From Flavobacteriales bacterium (GTDB lineage: Bacteria > Bacteroidota > Bacteroidia > Flavobacteriales_F > PHOS-HE28): DNA of 64,000 nt. Where the stretch lies: assembly GCA_019638115.1 (NCBI GenBank), contig JAHBUK010000005.1, positions 91,111-155,110 of the forward strand, in the 5' to 3' direction. A model generated the notes under the pieces. It worked only from the letters and a program-made list of their open reading frames with translations, was not told where the DNA came from and made no database searches. A program made the translations under genes and the position numbers. Each line of letters starts with the position of its first letter. Position 1 is the stretch's first letter. Shown piece after piece: positions 19,806 through 28,882 of this stretch.

Positions 19806-20693
19806 ATGAGCACCCGTGAACGAAAAGGCATGATGCGCGACGATGCGCTGAAGGGAATGGTCGTGATCATCACCGGTGGCGGCACCGGTCTGGGGCTTGC
19901 CATGGCGCGCTACTGCCTGCAACTCGGTGCCTCGGTATGCATCACCAGCCGTAAGCTCGATGTGCTTACCACCACTGCGGCCGAATTGGAGCAGGAGACC
20001 GGTGGCGCTGTACTTCCCTTGGCTTGTGACGTGCGCAAGTACGAGGATGTGGAGGCCATGCGCGATGCTGTGCTGGCCCGTTTCGGCAAGGTGGACGCAC
20101 TGGTGAACAATGCGGCGGGCAACTTCATCAGCCCCACCGAGCGGCTCAGCAGCAACGCCTTCAAGACCATCATCGACATCGTGCTCATGGGCACGGTGAA
20201 CTGCACCCTGGCCCTGGGCAAGCACTGGATCGCCAAGGGCGAAAGCGACAAAGCCATCCTCAACATCACCACCACCTACGCTTGGACCGGCAGCGGATAC
20301 GTGGTGCCCAGCGCGTGTGCCAAGGCGGGGGTGCTCGCGCTTACCCGTTCGCTGGCCAGTGAATGGGGCCGCAAAGGCATCCGCACCAACGCCGTGGCTC
20401 CGGGGCCTTTTCCCACCAAGGGTGCTTGGAGCCGCCTGGTGCCCGGCGAACTGATGGAACGTTTCGACATGGCCCAACGCGTGCCTCTGGGGCGCGTTGG
20501 TGAGCACCAGGAACTCGCCGATCTGGTGGCTTACCTGATCTCTCCTTACAGCGCCTACGTGAACGGGGAAGTGGTCACCATTGATGGCGGAGAATGGCTG
20601 AAGGGAGCAGGACAATTCAACATGCTGGACATGGTGGAGCCGGGCATGTGGGACGAGATCGAACGGATGGTCCGCTCCACCAAGGGAAGCTGA
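19806..20693 (+). CDS. SDR oxidoreductase, 2,4-dienoyl-CoA reductase (DECR)-like
   Basis: ITGGGTGLG, NNAAGNF, SACAKAG and IAPGPF-type motifs. Confidence 0.85.
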   Translation: MSTRERKGMMRDDALKGMVVIITGGGTGLGLAMARYCLQLGASVCITSRKLDVLTTTAAELEQETGGAVLPLACDVRKYEDVEAMRDAVLARFGKVDALVNNAAGNFISPTERLSSNAFKTIIDIVLMGTVNCTLALGKHWIAKGESDKAILNITTTYAWTGSGYVVPSACAKAGVLALTRSLASEWGRKGIRTNAVAPGPFPTKGAWSRLVPGELMERFDMAQRVPLGRVGEHQELADLVAYLISPYSAYVNGEVVTIDGGEWLKGAGQFNMLDMVEPGMWDEIERMVRSTKGS

Positions 20694-20772
20694 AGCGCTG
20701 GCAGGGGCGAGGTCCGTGCTGTTGTCTTCCTATGGAAGGGGTTAACTTGGTCTCCCCAATACGATCATCATC

Positions 20773-21318
20773 ATGAAGCAGTGGATGTTCAGTGTGGCCG
20801 GAGCAGTGCTCGCCATCGGCCTGCATGCCCAGGACCAGAAGCCGTCGAAACGCTCCGATTCCATGGAGGAGCGGCTGGCGACATACCAACGGGAATTGCA
20901 GCTGACGGATGTCCAGATGAAGGAAGTACACGTGCTGCTCGAAGGTGAGGAACCTGCTCTTCAGAAGTTGAAGGACCAGCAACAGGCCTTGAATGATGAG
21001 ATGCGCCGCATAGTGATGGCCCAAGAGGAGAAAATGTCCGGGATCCTCTCCCCCGAGCAGGCTCAGCAGTTCAAGCGCATGCGCAGCGATGGACCAGCGG
21101 TCTTCCATGCGGAAGGTTGCAATGCCGCTCTGGTGAACGGGGAACTACGCTGCTGTGCCGGCATGCACAGCAAGAAGAAGACGAACGAAGAGATCGCCAA
21201 GGAAAAAGCCAAAGCAGCGGCTGCTGCGGAGCCTCAGCGGAGTGGCTTGCGCGATGCGAACAGTGGCGATGGGAAACTGGAAGCCACTCCTCAACCCATC
21301 CGCAAAGGCGATAGGTAG
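20773..21318 (+). CDS. Exported hypothetical protein (helical Spy/CpxP-like N-part, Cys cluster)
   Basis: Signal peptide; LQLTDVQ and LSPEQAQQF repeats; GCNAALVNGELRCCAGMH segment. Confidence 0.6.
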   Translation: MKQWMFSVAGAVLAIGLHAQDQKPSKRSDSMEERLATYQRELQLTDVQMKEVHVLLEGEEPALQKLKDQQQALNDEMRRIVMAQEEKMSGILSPEQAQQFKRMRSDGPAVFHAEGCNAALVNGELRCCAGMHSKKKTNEEIAKEKAKAAAAAEPQRSGLRDANSGDGKLEATPQPIRKGDR

Positions 21319-21431
21319 TGCTTGGGGCTTGGATGGACGATGGAGTGCCGTTCAGCAACGGTGCTTTCGCCGCTTTTGAAGCGTAGCGGAACAGGCCTTG
21401 AAGCCGGTTTGGAACCCACTTGGGCCGCTTA

Positions 21432-22277
21432 TTATTCCACCACTACCACCAGGTACTTGGAAACACTCCAGAACGTGTTGTAGTCCGTGATGATGAGCTT
21501 GGCGGCACCGTCCTCGAAACGGTAGCTGCCTTCGGGGTGTGCGGTGGCCAGTTTGGCCTTTTTTCCCAGTATCGGGATCTCCTGCACTGCCAGCACGTCC
21601 ACCCGGGTGAAATAGCCCTTGGCAAGGTTGTCCATGTTCAGCTTGTTCACGCCGCCGATACCGGCCAAGCCACCTTCCTTGCTGAGCACCCCGTTCTCAC
21701 GAAGCTCCTTGGCGGTGCCTACCGCATAGTAGGCGGTGTTCAGCTCGGAGCGCTGCATATCGGCCAACTGCGTCTTGTCGCGGTACATGGCGATCAGGGT
21801 GGCCAATGAATTGTTGCTGCTGGCCAATTCCTCCTTCAGGTCGGCGATCTCGGCGTCGCGTTCGGCCATGCTTCGCTCCAGTTCGGCCAGGGTGCCTTTC
21901 AGCTCCGAGATGTTGGCTGCGGAGCTCTTCGACTGCCCACGCATGCGTTCTATCAAGGCCCTGTTCTCGGCCAAGAGCAGATCGATCTCGGCGATGTCGT
22001 CCATGATGCGGTCCTCAATGGTGCCACCTCCTTCAATACCACCCGTTGGAGCCAGCAATTGCCCCTGCTTGGTGCGTATGGTCCGCAGGTTCTCACTGAT
22101 CCGGTTGAAGGAGGCGAACAAGGTGTTCATGGCGGAATCCTTCTCGGCCACCACCTGTTCAATGCGCTGGCTGTCTTCCTGCAGTTGCTTGTACTGCGGG
22201 GTGTTCTTGGGGTCGTCCTGGCAAGCGGCCAGAAGGAGGGAGAGGATCGCTATTGGAAGGAGATTCTGCGTTCTCAT
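21432..22277 (-). CDS. Coiled-coil lipoprotein, conserved Bacteroidota family (Cbp1-like)
   Basis: Lipobox LLLAAC; long coiled coil; NTAYYAVGT...KELRENG and FWSVSKYLVVVV motifs; ATG at 22277. Confidence 0.7.
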   Translation of the reverse strand: MRTQNLLPIAILSLLLAACQDDPKNTPQYKQLQEDSQRIEQVVAEKDSAMNTLFASFNRISENLRTIRTKQGQLLAPTGGIEGGGTIEDRIMDDIAEIDLLLAENRALIERMRGQSKSSAANISELKGTLAELERSMAERDAEIADLKEELASSNNSLATLIAMYRDKTQLADMQRSELNTAYYAVGTAKELRENGVLSKEGGLAGIGGVNKLNMDNLAKGYFTRVDVLAVQEIPILGKKAKLATAHPEGSYRFEDGAAKLIITDYNTFWSVSKYLVVVVE

Positions 22278-22472
22278 GCGTTGCGCTGGCTTGCTGGATA
22301 CAACGTGTGTTGCGAGTTCCGTGGTACGTAGGCGTTGCGGCGCGGCGAAGTTAGGTGCCCGCCCACTCGCCTCATACTGCAACGAATGCATGGTCGATAA
22401 CGTAGGAACGGGCGCGCACATCGGTGCCCCAAGGCAGGATAACTTGCCCCACCATCACCAGCGCACTGCGTT

Positions 22473-23204
22473 TTGAGCCACCGCCTGTTATCCCTACTGA
22501 TCGTTGCCTTTGCGGCGTTGCCGTGCACGGGCCAGACCGAGCAGAGCCTAACGGACGAGTTCGCCAAGCTGAGCGCCAAGGAGCGGGCGCGGATAGCCAA
22601 GGAGGAGTTGGAGGAATCCGCCCGCGACACGCACTACCAAGCCCTTATGGAAGAGGCGGAGGCCTTGTTCCGCACCAAGGATTTCGAGGGCTCGTTGGAG
22701 AAGTACAAGGAGGCCCGCGAACTGAGGCCCTACAACGTGTACCCCAAGGTGAAGATCCAAGACCTTCAAGCGTTGTTGAAACGCATGGAGGAGGAGGCCA
22801 AGGCCACCCCGGAAGAACCGGAGGAACGACCGGCACCCCGAGTTGAAGCGCCTGTTGTGAAAAGCAGTCATACGGTGCGCGAGGCCATTGTGGAGCAACC
22901 CGCGGCCGAGCCCCAACGCCAGGTGATACGCCCTGCGGAAACGCCGCAGCGCCCCAGGGATCCGGAGGTAAAGGTGGCCGTTGTACCCCCCAGCACCGGG
23001 CCTAAGCCGGAAGCGGACCCGGTGGAAGCCGGTGAGCGCCTCTATCGGGAAGGCCGTGCTACGGTGCTGGAACGCCGTGTACTGGAGGATGGTAAACCGA
23101 TCGTTTGGCGCAAGGTCACCCATCCGTGGGGCGAGGTGGTCCACTTCCGTGATGGGCAAGCGATCCCGGCCCGCACCTGGACCGATCGGTTCGGAGGGCA
23201 GTAA
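22473..23204 (+). CDS. Exported hypothetical protein with TPR-like helix and Pro/Glu-rich linker
   Basis: TTG start, signal peptide, ADALFRTKDFEGSLEKYKEA-type helix, host-like codon usage. Confidence 0.6.
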   Translation: MSHRLLSLLIVAFAALPCTGQTEQSLTDEFAKLSAKERARIAKEELEESARDTHYQALMEEAEALFRTKDFEGSLEKYKEARELRPYNVYPKVKIQDLQALLKRMEEEAKATPEEPEERPAPRVEAPVVKSSHTVREAIVEQPAAEPQRQVIRPAETPQRPRDPEVKVAVVPPSTGPKPEADPVEAGERLYREGRATVLERRVLEDGKPIVWRKVTHPWGEVVHFRDGQAIPARTWTDRFGGQ

Positions 23205-23244
23205 GCGCTGCGACCGAGCGATCGGCAGAGCCGCTGCGCAACAT

Positions 23245-23622
23245 TCACTTCTTCACCAAGCGTACCGGGTACTCCAGCAGTGCCTTGAAGTCCTCCCCGA
23301 CTTCCTGCATGTCCAGGTCGTTGGCCGCATGTTGCCACTCCATGCTCACGAGTGAACGTCCCGAGGCATGCAGGTCCTCCAATAGCTTGAACAGATCGAG
23401 GAGGTACTTGGAGGTGCTGGTATTGAAGTAGGAGAGTTCGATGCGGGCCACCGTGGCGGGTGCCGGTCGCTGCATGTACAACTCCACCTGGTCCAACACC
23501 GGCCCGAAGAAACGGTCGGCGTTCTCAGGGATGGAGCAGCCTTGTATGCTGATGGTCCCCAGTGCATGACGGAGAACGATGCGGGGAGTGCGTTCCGTGG
23601 CTGCGAGGTCAAGGTCGTTCAT
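23245..23622 (-). CDS. SiaC family (DUF1987) regulatory phosphoprotein
   Basis: ATERTP, GCSIPEN, YFNTSTSK and QEVGEDF motifs; ATG at 23622. Confidence 0.8.
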   Translation of the reverse strand: MNDLDLAATERTPRIVLRHALGTISIQGCSIPENADRFFGPVLDQVELYMQRPAPATVARIELSYFNTSTSKYLLDLFKLLEDLHASGRSLVSMEWQHAANDLDMQEVGEDFKALLEYPVRLVKK

Positions 23623-23744
23623 CGGAATGGAGAGGAGGCGGAGTGTGTGGGCGAATGTAGGGCTCGCCACTTGTGTGCGAACTGTCAATGATCCTTTGCG
23701 GAAAGGCGATCGCCGATTTACTTTGGGCCATATGCCGAACCGCC

Positions 23745-24545
23745 ATGAGCCTGAAGACCATCGTAGTACCCTATGACTTCTCCGCCTGTGCCATGGATGC
23801 CTTGCAGGTAGCTGCGAAGATCGCGCGGCTGTCCGGCGCGGTGATCGACGTGGTGCATGTGTACGAGCAGATGTCGGACTTCCGGGTGGAGAACCAGAAG
23901 TTGCGGGATGAGATCGAGGCCAAGCTGGAGCAGGTGCCGCATCTGCCCTTCCTGCAAGGTCTGGAGTTGAAGAAGTTCATGTTGCGCCAGATCGGCCTCA
24001 CCGAGATGTTCAAGAACGAGCGGATCGCCGAGGCGGACCTGATCGTTATGGGCACGCACGGTGCCACGGGCCTGCGGGGTATCGTGGGTTCCAACACGCA
24101 GCGCATCGTGCGGCTGGCTCCCATGCCGGTGCTCACCATCAAGCACCACATCGAGGACCTGCAACTGCGTGATGTGGTCTTCGCATCGAACTTCAGCAAT
24201 GCGGACGTGGAGAAGTTCGATGCCTTCAAGCCCCTGCTGGACCTCTTCGATACCAAACTGCACCTGCTGAAGGTGAACACCCCCAAACTTTTCGAACGCA
24301 GCGAGGACAGCCACCGCGCCATGGACGCCTTCATTCAGCGCAACGGGCTCACCAAGTTCACCGCCACCATCTACAACGACCTGACCATCGAGGAAGGCAT
24401 CCTCAACTTTGCCCGCAGCATCGATGCCGACCTGGTGGCCATGGCAACACACGGGCGTACCGGCTTCTTCCACGTGGTGAACGGCAGCCTGACCGAGGAT
24501 ATCGTGAACCGCACGAATTTCCCGGTGCTGAGCGTGAAGCTGTGA
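23745..24545 (+). CDS. Tandem-domain universal stress protein
   Basis: IVVPYDFS, IVMGTHG...GSNT...VVRxAxxPVL-like motif, second domain AMATHGRTG. Confidence 0.9.
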   Translation: MSLKTIVVPYDFSACAMDALQVAAKIARLSGAVIDVVHVYEQMSDFRVENQKLRDEIEAKLEQVPHLPFLQGLELKKFMLRQIGLTEMFKNERIAEADLIVMGTHGATGLRGIVGSNTQRIVRLAPMPVLTIKHHIEDLQLRDVVFASNFSNADVEKFDAFKPLLDLFDTKLHLLKVNTPKLFERSEDSHRAMDAFIQRNGLTKFTATIYNDLTIEEGILNFARSIDADLVAMATHGRTGFFHVVNGSLTEDIVNRTNFPVLSVKL

Positions 24546-24589
24546 ACCACCTTGCGCTACCTATCTTTACCCAAACTCAGAGCAACAGC

Positions 24590-24988
24590 ATGAAGTTCCT
24601 GCACAAGGTTTTCGAGGCCAAGCGGAAGCAGATCATTGAAGTGGAGATCGACAAACCCACCAAGGTGAAGTTCATGACCGGTAAGGAGATGAAGGCTTAC
24701 CGCATGGGTAAGACCCACACCTTCTTCGGTGGTCTCTTCGAGGAATCACCGGTTCGTTTCGTGGTCCCCTTCGATTCCAACTGGAACGTGGTGGTGGAGA
24801 AAGGCACCCATGCCGCACCGCTCGATGTGCACGCATCCTGCGCCTTGCTGCCCCCCAATGGCCTGGTGCTTACCACCATTGCAGTGGATGCTCCGCCGGA
24901 AATGCGCCTGAATGCGCAAGACGTGGAGGCCAGTGAACTGGACCGCTTGTCCGCAGAGATGAGCATGGCGGCCCGCAACGAGGGCTGA
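24590..24988 (+). CDS. DUF1883-like domain protein
   Basis: IEVEIDKPTKVKFM...Y...FFGG...SPVRFVVP...WNVVV pattern. Confidence 0.6.
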   Translation: MKFLHKVFEAKRKQIIEVEIDKPTKVKFMTGKEMKAYRMGKTHTFFGGLFEESPVRFVVPFDSNWNVVVEKGTHAAPLDVHASCALLPPNGLVLTTIAVDAPPEMRLNAQDVEASELDRLSAEMSMAARNEG

Positions 24989-25034
24989 GAACCACGGACG
25001 CCGATCGCTTGTTCCTCTCTCACTAAGCAGAGCC

Positions 25035-25745
25035 ATGAACATGAACGCGGAAAAAGAACGTCTGGAGCAGGTACTCACCGGCCAGCACCGCCTGTTGGAC
25101 GAAGTACACCAACTGCTGGCGGAAGCGGACAAGCAGGATGAAGTGATCCGTGCGGTGGTGTTGAGTTCCAACAAGGAGCGTGCGGTCCCCATCACCGGCT
25201 TGGATCCACAGCGGGTCTTCCACCGCGATGCGATCAAAGCATTGTGCGTGAAGAACCGCTTACGCTTCCTGGATGCCGGGCTTTTCAAAGGCCCGATCCC
25301 ATCCGGCGCGGTGCATGCCATCCGCCAATTGGAGCGCCAAGCCGGCCAGCCGCTGATCAGCTACAAGGTGATGGCCCCGGCGGAACGTTTCCGCTTGTGC
25401 GATAGTGAAGTGGATCCCCTGCTTTTCATTCCGCTGGGTGCCGACCGCTATTACCTGGTGCACAAATGGGGCAATGATCTGAAATGGTATCGGAGCCTGC
25501 TGGGTTGGCCCTTCCGTGGGCCGGTGCAACTGGCGCTGGTGGTGTTGGCCGTGGCCTTGGTGCTGGCGCTGGTGATGCCCACTTGGTTGATCACGAAAGA
25601 CCCGCAGGCGGTCCATTGGGGGGCGCACCGCGTGCTCTTCTTCTTCTGGAGCGCCATGGTATGCGCCAGTTTCACGGTGTTCGCCTGGTTCGCCTTCTTC
25701 GGTCAGTTCAGTGCCCAGGCCTGGAACAGTCGCTACTTCAATTAA
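25035..25745 (+). CDS. Conserved hypothetical membrane protein
   Basis: LRFLD...F and DPLLF...YYLVHKWGND motifs; two C-terminal TM helices. Confidence 0.7.
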   Translation: MNMNAEKERLEQVLTGQHRLLDEVHQLLAEADKQDEVIRAVVLSSNKERAVPITGLDPQRVFHRDAIKALCVKNRLRFLDAGLFKGPIPSGAVHAIRQLERQAGQPLISYKVMAPAERFRLCDSEVDPLLFIPLGADRYYLVHKWGNDLKWYRSLLGWPFRGPVQLALVVLAVALVLALVMPTWLITKDPQAVHWGAHRVLFFFWSAMVCASFTVFAWFAFFGQFSAQAWNSRYFN

Positions 25746-25965
25746 TCCGACGGTCGGCCGTGCCTTTGCTGCGCACTGCTTGCAAGGCTGTAGCCTGCTG
25801 AACGCGGCAGGCGCAATTGGTCCTGAACCAGGCTTTCAGTTCTTCACGCTGTTCCGGCAGCAGGCGGTTGAAGGCCTTGCGCAATTCTTTGCGGAAAACT
25901 GCTGGATCGGCCGTGCTGATCCGCTCCAGGACATCCTGGTAATAGGCGAGCATCTTCTCGGTCAT
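25738..25965 (-). CDS. Small conserved Bacteroidota hypothetical protein
   Basis: MLAYYQDVLERIS..DPAVFRKELRKA...L..E..EL..W pattern resembles a widespread ~70-aa Bacteroidota family (from recall). Confidence 0.6.
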   Translation of the reverse strand: MTEKMLAYYQDVLERISTADPAVFRKELRKAFNRLLPEQREELKAWFRTNCACRVQQATALQAVRSKGTADRRIN

Positions 25966-26044
25966 GGGTGGTGGGGACTGCGTTCAGGTGTGTGCAACGT
26001 GGGAAATGGGCGCGTGGTTGCTCCGTAGGGGACAGGTGAAAATT

Positions 26045-26071
26045 GAAAAGGCGCCCACCGGACGCCTTTTC
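26045..26071 (-). terminator. Intrinsic terminator downstream of hsp20
   Basis: 9-bp stem GAAAAGGCG/CGCCTTTTC followed by U-rich sequence on the minus strand, 20 nt after the hsp20 stop. Confidence 0.7.
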
Positions 26072-26090
26072 GCAATGCCGTTCATCCAGT

Positions 26091-26534
26091 TCAACCGATG
26101 TTGATCTCGCGGGTGGCGGGTTTGCTGACCTGGGTCTTGGGGATGATCACGTGCAGCACGCCGTTCACCAGATCGGCTTTGATGCCTTCGGCCTGCACGC
26201 TCTCCGGCAGGCGGAAGCTGCGGCTGAAGCTGCTGGAGCTGAACTCCCGGCGGGTGTAGCGCTCCTGCTCCTGCAGGTTCTCGGTCTTCCGCTCGGCGCT
26301 GATGGTCAGCACCTCGTTCTCCAAGCGGATCTTCAGGTCCTCCTTGCTGAAACCTGGTGTCAACATGCGCAACTCGAACTCGGTGGGGCGCTCCAGAATG
26401 TTCACGCCGGGCAGGGTGCGCTTCAGGTCATCGTGACCGAGCGCCTGGCTGATGTCGCGGCCGAAGAATTCATTCACCAGTTCATTGAAAGGGCCAGCAA
26501 AGGATGTGGCGGGGCGGTACTTCGCGATGGTCAT
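26091..26534 (-). CDS. Hsp20/alpha-crystallin small heat shock protein
   Basis: PGVNILE, PGFSKEDL, RREFSSSSFSRSFRLP and NGVLHVIIPK motifs. Confidence 0.92.
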   Translation of the reverse strand: MTIAKYRPATSFAGPFNELVNEFFGRDISQALGHDDLKRTLPGVNILERPTEFELRMLTPGFSKEDLKIRLENEVLTISAERKTENLQEQERYTRREFSSSSFSRSFRLPESVQAEGIKADLVNGVLHVIIPKTQVSKPATREINIG

Positions 26535-26580
26535 TGTTATGGGGTTTCGTTGTTGGAACGTGTTCTTGTTCCAGCGCCCC

Positions 26581-26598
26581 GATCAAGTGGAATGCCGA
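26581..26598 (-). promoter_or_regulatory. Putative sigma-54-like -24/-12 promoter of hsp20
   Basis: The minus strand reads TCGGCATTCCACTTGATC, i.e. GG-N10-GA, a near match to TGGCAC-N5-TTGC with one deviation at -12. Confidence 0.4.
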
Positions 26599-26632
26599 CG
26601 ACCCGGAGGTGTCATAATGGCAATTCGCGTGT

Positions 26633-26661
26633 CCAATAAGCGCCATAATGGCGCTTATTGG
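26633..26661. repeat. Perfect 13-bp inverted repeat overlapping the stop of the TonB-like gene
   Basis: CCAATAAGCGCCA-TAA-TGGCGCTTATTGG. Confidence 0.85.
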
Positions 26662-27398
26662 GCCATATAGCGGTAATACAAGTTGCCCGATTGGCGGTCC
26701 GGGGCACTGGAGTTGGGGGCGAACCTTGCCGTTCGGGCGGATTGCAGGGCACGTTCCAGCATGCACTCGTCGCTGGTGGTGCTCATGCCGCCATCGATCC
26801 GGGCGTCCCGCACCACGCCTTCGCGGTCCACCACCACGTTCACCACCACCTGTCCGAAGCCTCTGCACACATAGGCCGGCACCTTGATGTTGCGATCCAC
26901 ACGCTTGGGCTTGTCGAGATCGTGCCAGACGGTGGTGGCACCTTCGATCTTCACCGCCTCCACGGCCTTGTCCATGTAGAGTTCCTTGTCCCACTTGCTG
27001 GGGTCCAGTTCGGGTACCTCGATCTCTTCACCACGCTCCCTGCGTTCCTCGGCCAGGCGGTCGAATTCAGCCTGTTCGAAGGCGCGGAGGTCGTTTTCCA
27101 CCCGTTCGCTGAGGCGCTCGGAATTGTAGCTGGGCTTGCCGAGCTCGGCCGTGATGTTGCTCGTCAGGTTGGTCACCGGTCCACCTGCCTCCATGGGATC
27201 CATTTCCATGCGCTGCAGCAGCTGTTCAGCCTCCTCCTCGCTGATCACCTCCATGCGCATATCGCTGATCTGGTCTTCGCGAGGCACACTTTGCAACTTC
27301 CAAATGGCCAGCACAAAAAGCACCAGCACATGCAGTACCAAGGTGCCGATGACCGCGATCTTATGTCGTTCGAACCAGTCGAGGAAGCGGATCAACAT
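26655..27398 (-). CDS. TonB-like protein (N-terminal TM anchor, C-terminal TonB_C-type domain)
   Basis: GTLVLHVLVLF TM segment; GQVVVNVVVDREGVV...A and ARTARF...G.L.Y.Y C-terminal pattern; ATG at 27398. Confidence 0.6.
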   Translation of the reverse strand: MLIRFLDWFERHKIAVIGTLVLHVLVLFVLAIWKLQSVPREDQISDMRMEVISEEEAEQLLQRMEMDPMEAGGPVTNLTSNITAELGKPSYNSERLSERVENDLRAFEQAEFDRLAEERRERGEEIEVPELDPSKWDKELYMDKAVEAVKIEGATTVWHDLDKPKRVDRNIKVPAYVCRGFGQVVVNVVVDREGVVRDARIDGGMSTTSDECMLERALQSARTARFAPNSSAPDRQSGNLYYRYMAQ

Positions 27399-27423
27399 GA
27401 GGCTGGTGCGGCCAGTAGGCGGT

Positions 27424-28875
27424 TCATGGGGCCTGTTCGTTCTGGTCCAAAGCGGTTCGTGACCAAGATACGCGCGGTGCTTTGGCTTGTTGTGCACGGA
27501 TGCGCCAAGCTTCGGGCAAGAGGTTGTTCCAACGTTTTCCCGCTCCTTTCAGCCAACCCAGGCCCAGCCCGCGGTGGGTGGCGAGTGCATATGCGTGTGC
27601 TTCATGTGCGGGTATGGCTTGGCCTTGGAGGTACTGCACGGCCTGTTCCTCATCCAGTTCCACACGGGGGAAGGAATCCTGCCGCAGGTCGCTGCTCAAG
27701 GCAAGCGCGGGGTGGGGGCGCCATGTACCGGCGTGCAGTTCGGCCACGGGGGCACCGGGCGATACGAGCTTGAGCGCTTGGTCGAGCGTGTCCAGTACTC
27801 CGCTCCAACGCGCATCCACGACGAACAACGTGTCCTGCTGGCTCCGGAAGCTGCGTTCGGTGTGTGATGCCAGCCACTGCGTTACTTCAACTGCAGCCGG
27901 GGAGCTTGGACCGGTGCGTGCAGCTTTGCGCGGTGCTGCTTCGCCCGGCTTGCGGAAAGCAGCGATGAAGAAGCCTTCGCCACGCACCCTGTGCGGGTAG
28001 CAGCGCAGGCCGATCGCCCCGTTCCATTCACTGCGCACAAGCCCCCAAGGTGCATTGGGTAGTGGGTCGATCGCAATGGCGCCGGCAGCCACCAAGGCGG
28101 CCAACTGCGCCTCGTTCTCCTGTGGCTCCCACGTGCAGGTGCTGTAGATGAGCACGCCTCCCGGGCGCAAGGCCTCCCAGGCAAGGGGCAGCATGTTCCG
28201 CTGGGTCATGGCGCAGTGTTCGGCAAGGGCCGGGGTCCATTGCGCAACGGCGAAGGGGTCTTTGCGGAACATGCCCTGTCCGGAGCAGGGCGCGTCCACC
28301 ACGATCAGGTCGAAACACGCGGGAAGCGCCTGCAGGTGTTCGGGCGGACTGTTCGCGATCACGCTGTTGGGCATGCCCCATTTCCAGAGGTTCTCCTGCA
28401 GCACCGAGCAGCGGCGGCGGTCGATCTCGTTGGATACGAGCAATGATCCCGGCCCGAGCAGGCTGAGCAGGTGGCTGCTCTTGCCGCCCGGCGCGGCACA
28501 AAGGTCCAAGGCCAGCAGTTCCCGGTCCTTCAGTCCGGCCGCGATGAACACCTGTTCCAGCAGCATGGACGAGGCTTCCTGCACGTAATAGGCGCCTGCA
28601 TGGAGGAGCGGGTCGAAGGTGAAGGAAGGTCGTTCGTCCAGGTAGAAGCCCGTGGAACACCACGGCACGGCCGCGAGATCGTGCTCAAAACGCTTGGTGG
28701 GATGCAGGCGGATGCTGACCGGTGGCGCTTCCTGCAGGGCCTTCAGCAGGGCCGGGTAGTCCTGGCCGAGCAGTGGTTGCAGGTGCCGGTCGAGACCGGG
28801 TGGTGGAAAGCCCTGCGCTTGGTTGGCCGGGCCAGCTGGTTGCCGATGCTTCGCGCGTTGCCGCTTGTCGCGCAT
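27424..28875 (-). CDS. rsmF: rRNA cytosine-C5 methyltransferase, RsmF/NOL1-NOP2 family
   Basis: YYVQEASSM, DLCAAPGGKS, DAPCSGQGMFRKD and YSTCT motifs. Confidence 0.85.
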   Translation of the reverse strand: MRDKRQRAKHRQPAGPANQAQGFPPPGLDRHLQPLLGQDYPALLKALQEAPPVSIRLHPTKRFEHDLAAVPWCSTGFYLDERPSFTFDPLLHAGAYYVQEASSMLLEQVFIAAGLKDRELLALDLCAAPGGKSSHLLSLLGPGSLLVSNEIDRRRCSVLQENLWKWGMPNSVIANSPPEHLQALPACFDLIVVDAPCSGQGMFRKDPFAVAQWTPALAEHCAMTQRNMLPLAWEALRPGGVLIYSTCTWEPQENEAQLAALVAAGAIAIDPLPNAPWGLVRSEWNGAIGLRCYPHRVRGEGFFIAAFRKPGEAAPRKAARTGPSSPAAVEVTQWLASHTERSFRSQQDTLFVVDARWSGVLDTLDQALKLVSPGAPVAELHAGTWRPHPALALSSDLRQDSFPRVELDEEQAVQYLQGQAIPAHEAHAYALATHRGLGLGWLKGAGKRWNNLLPEAWRIRAQQAKAPRVSWSRTALDQNEQAP

Positions 28876-28882
28876 GGCCGGA

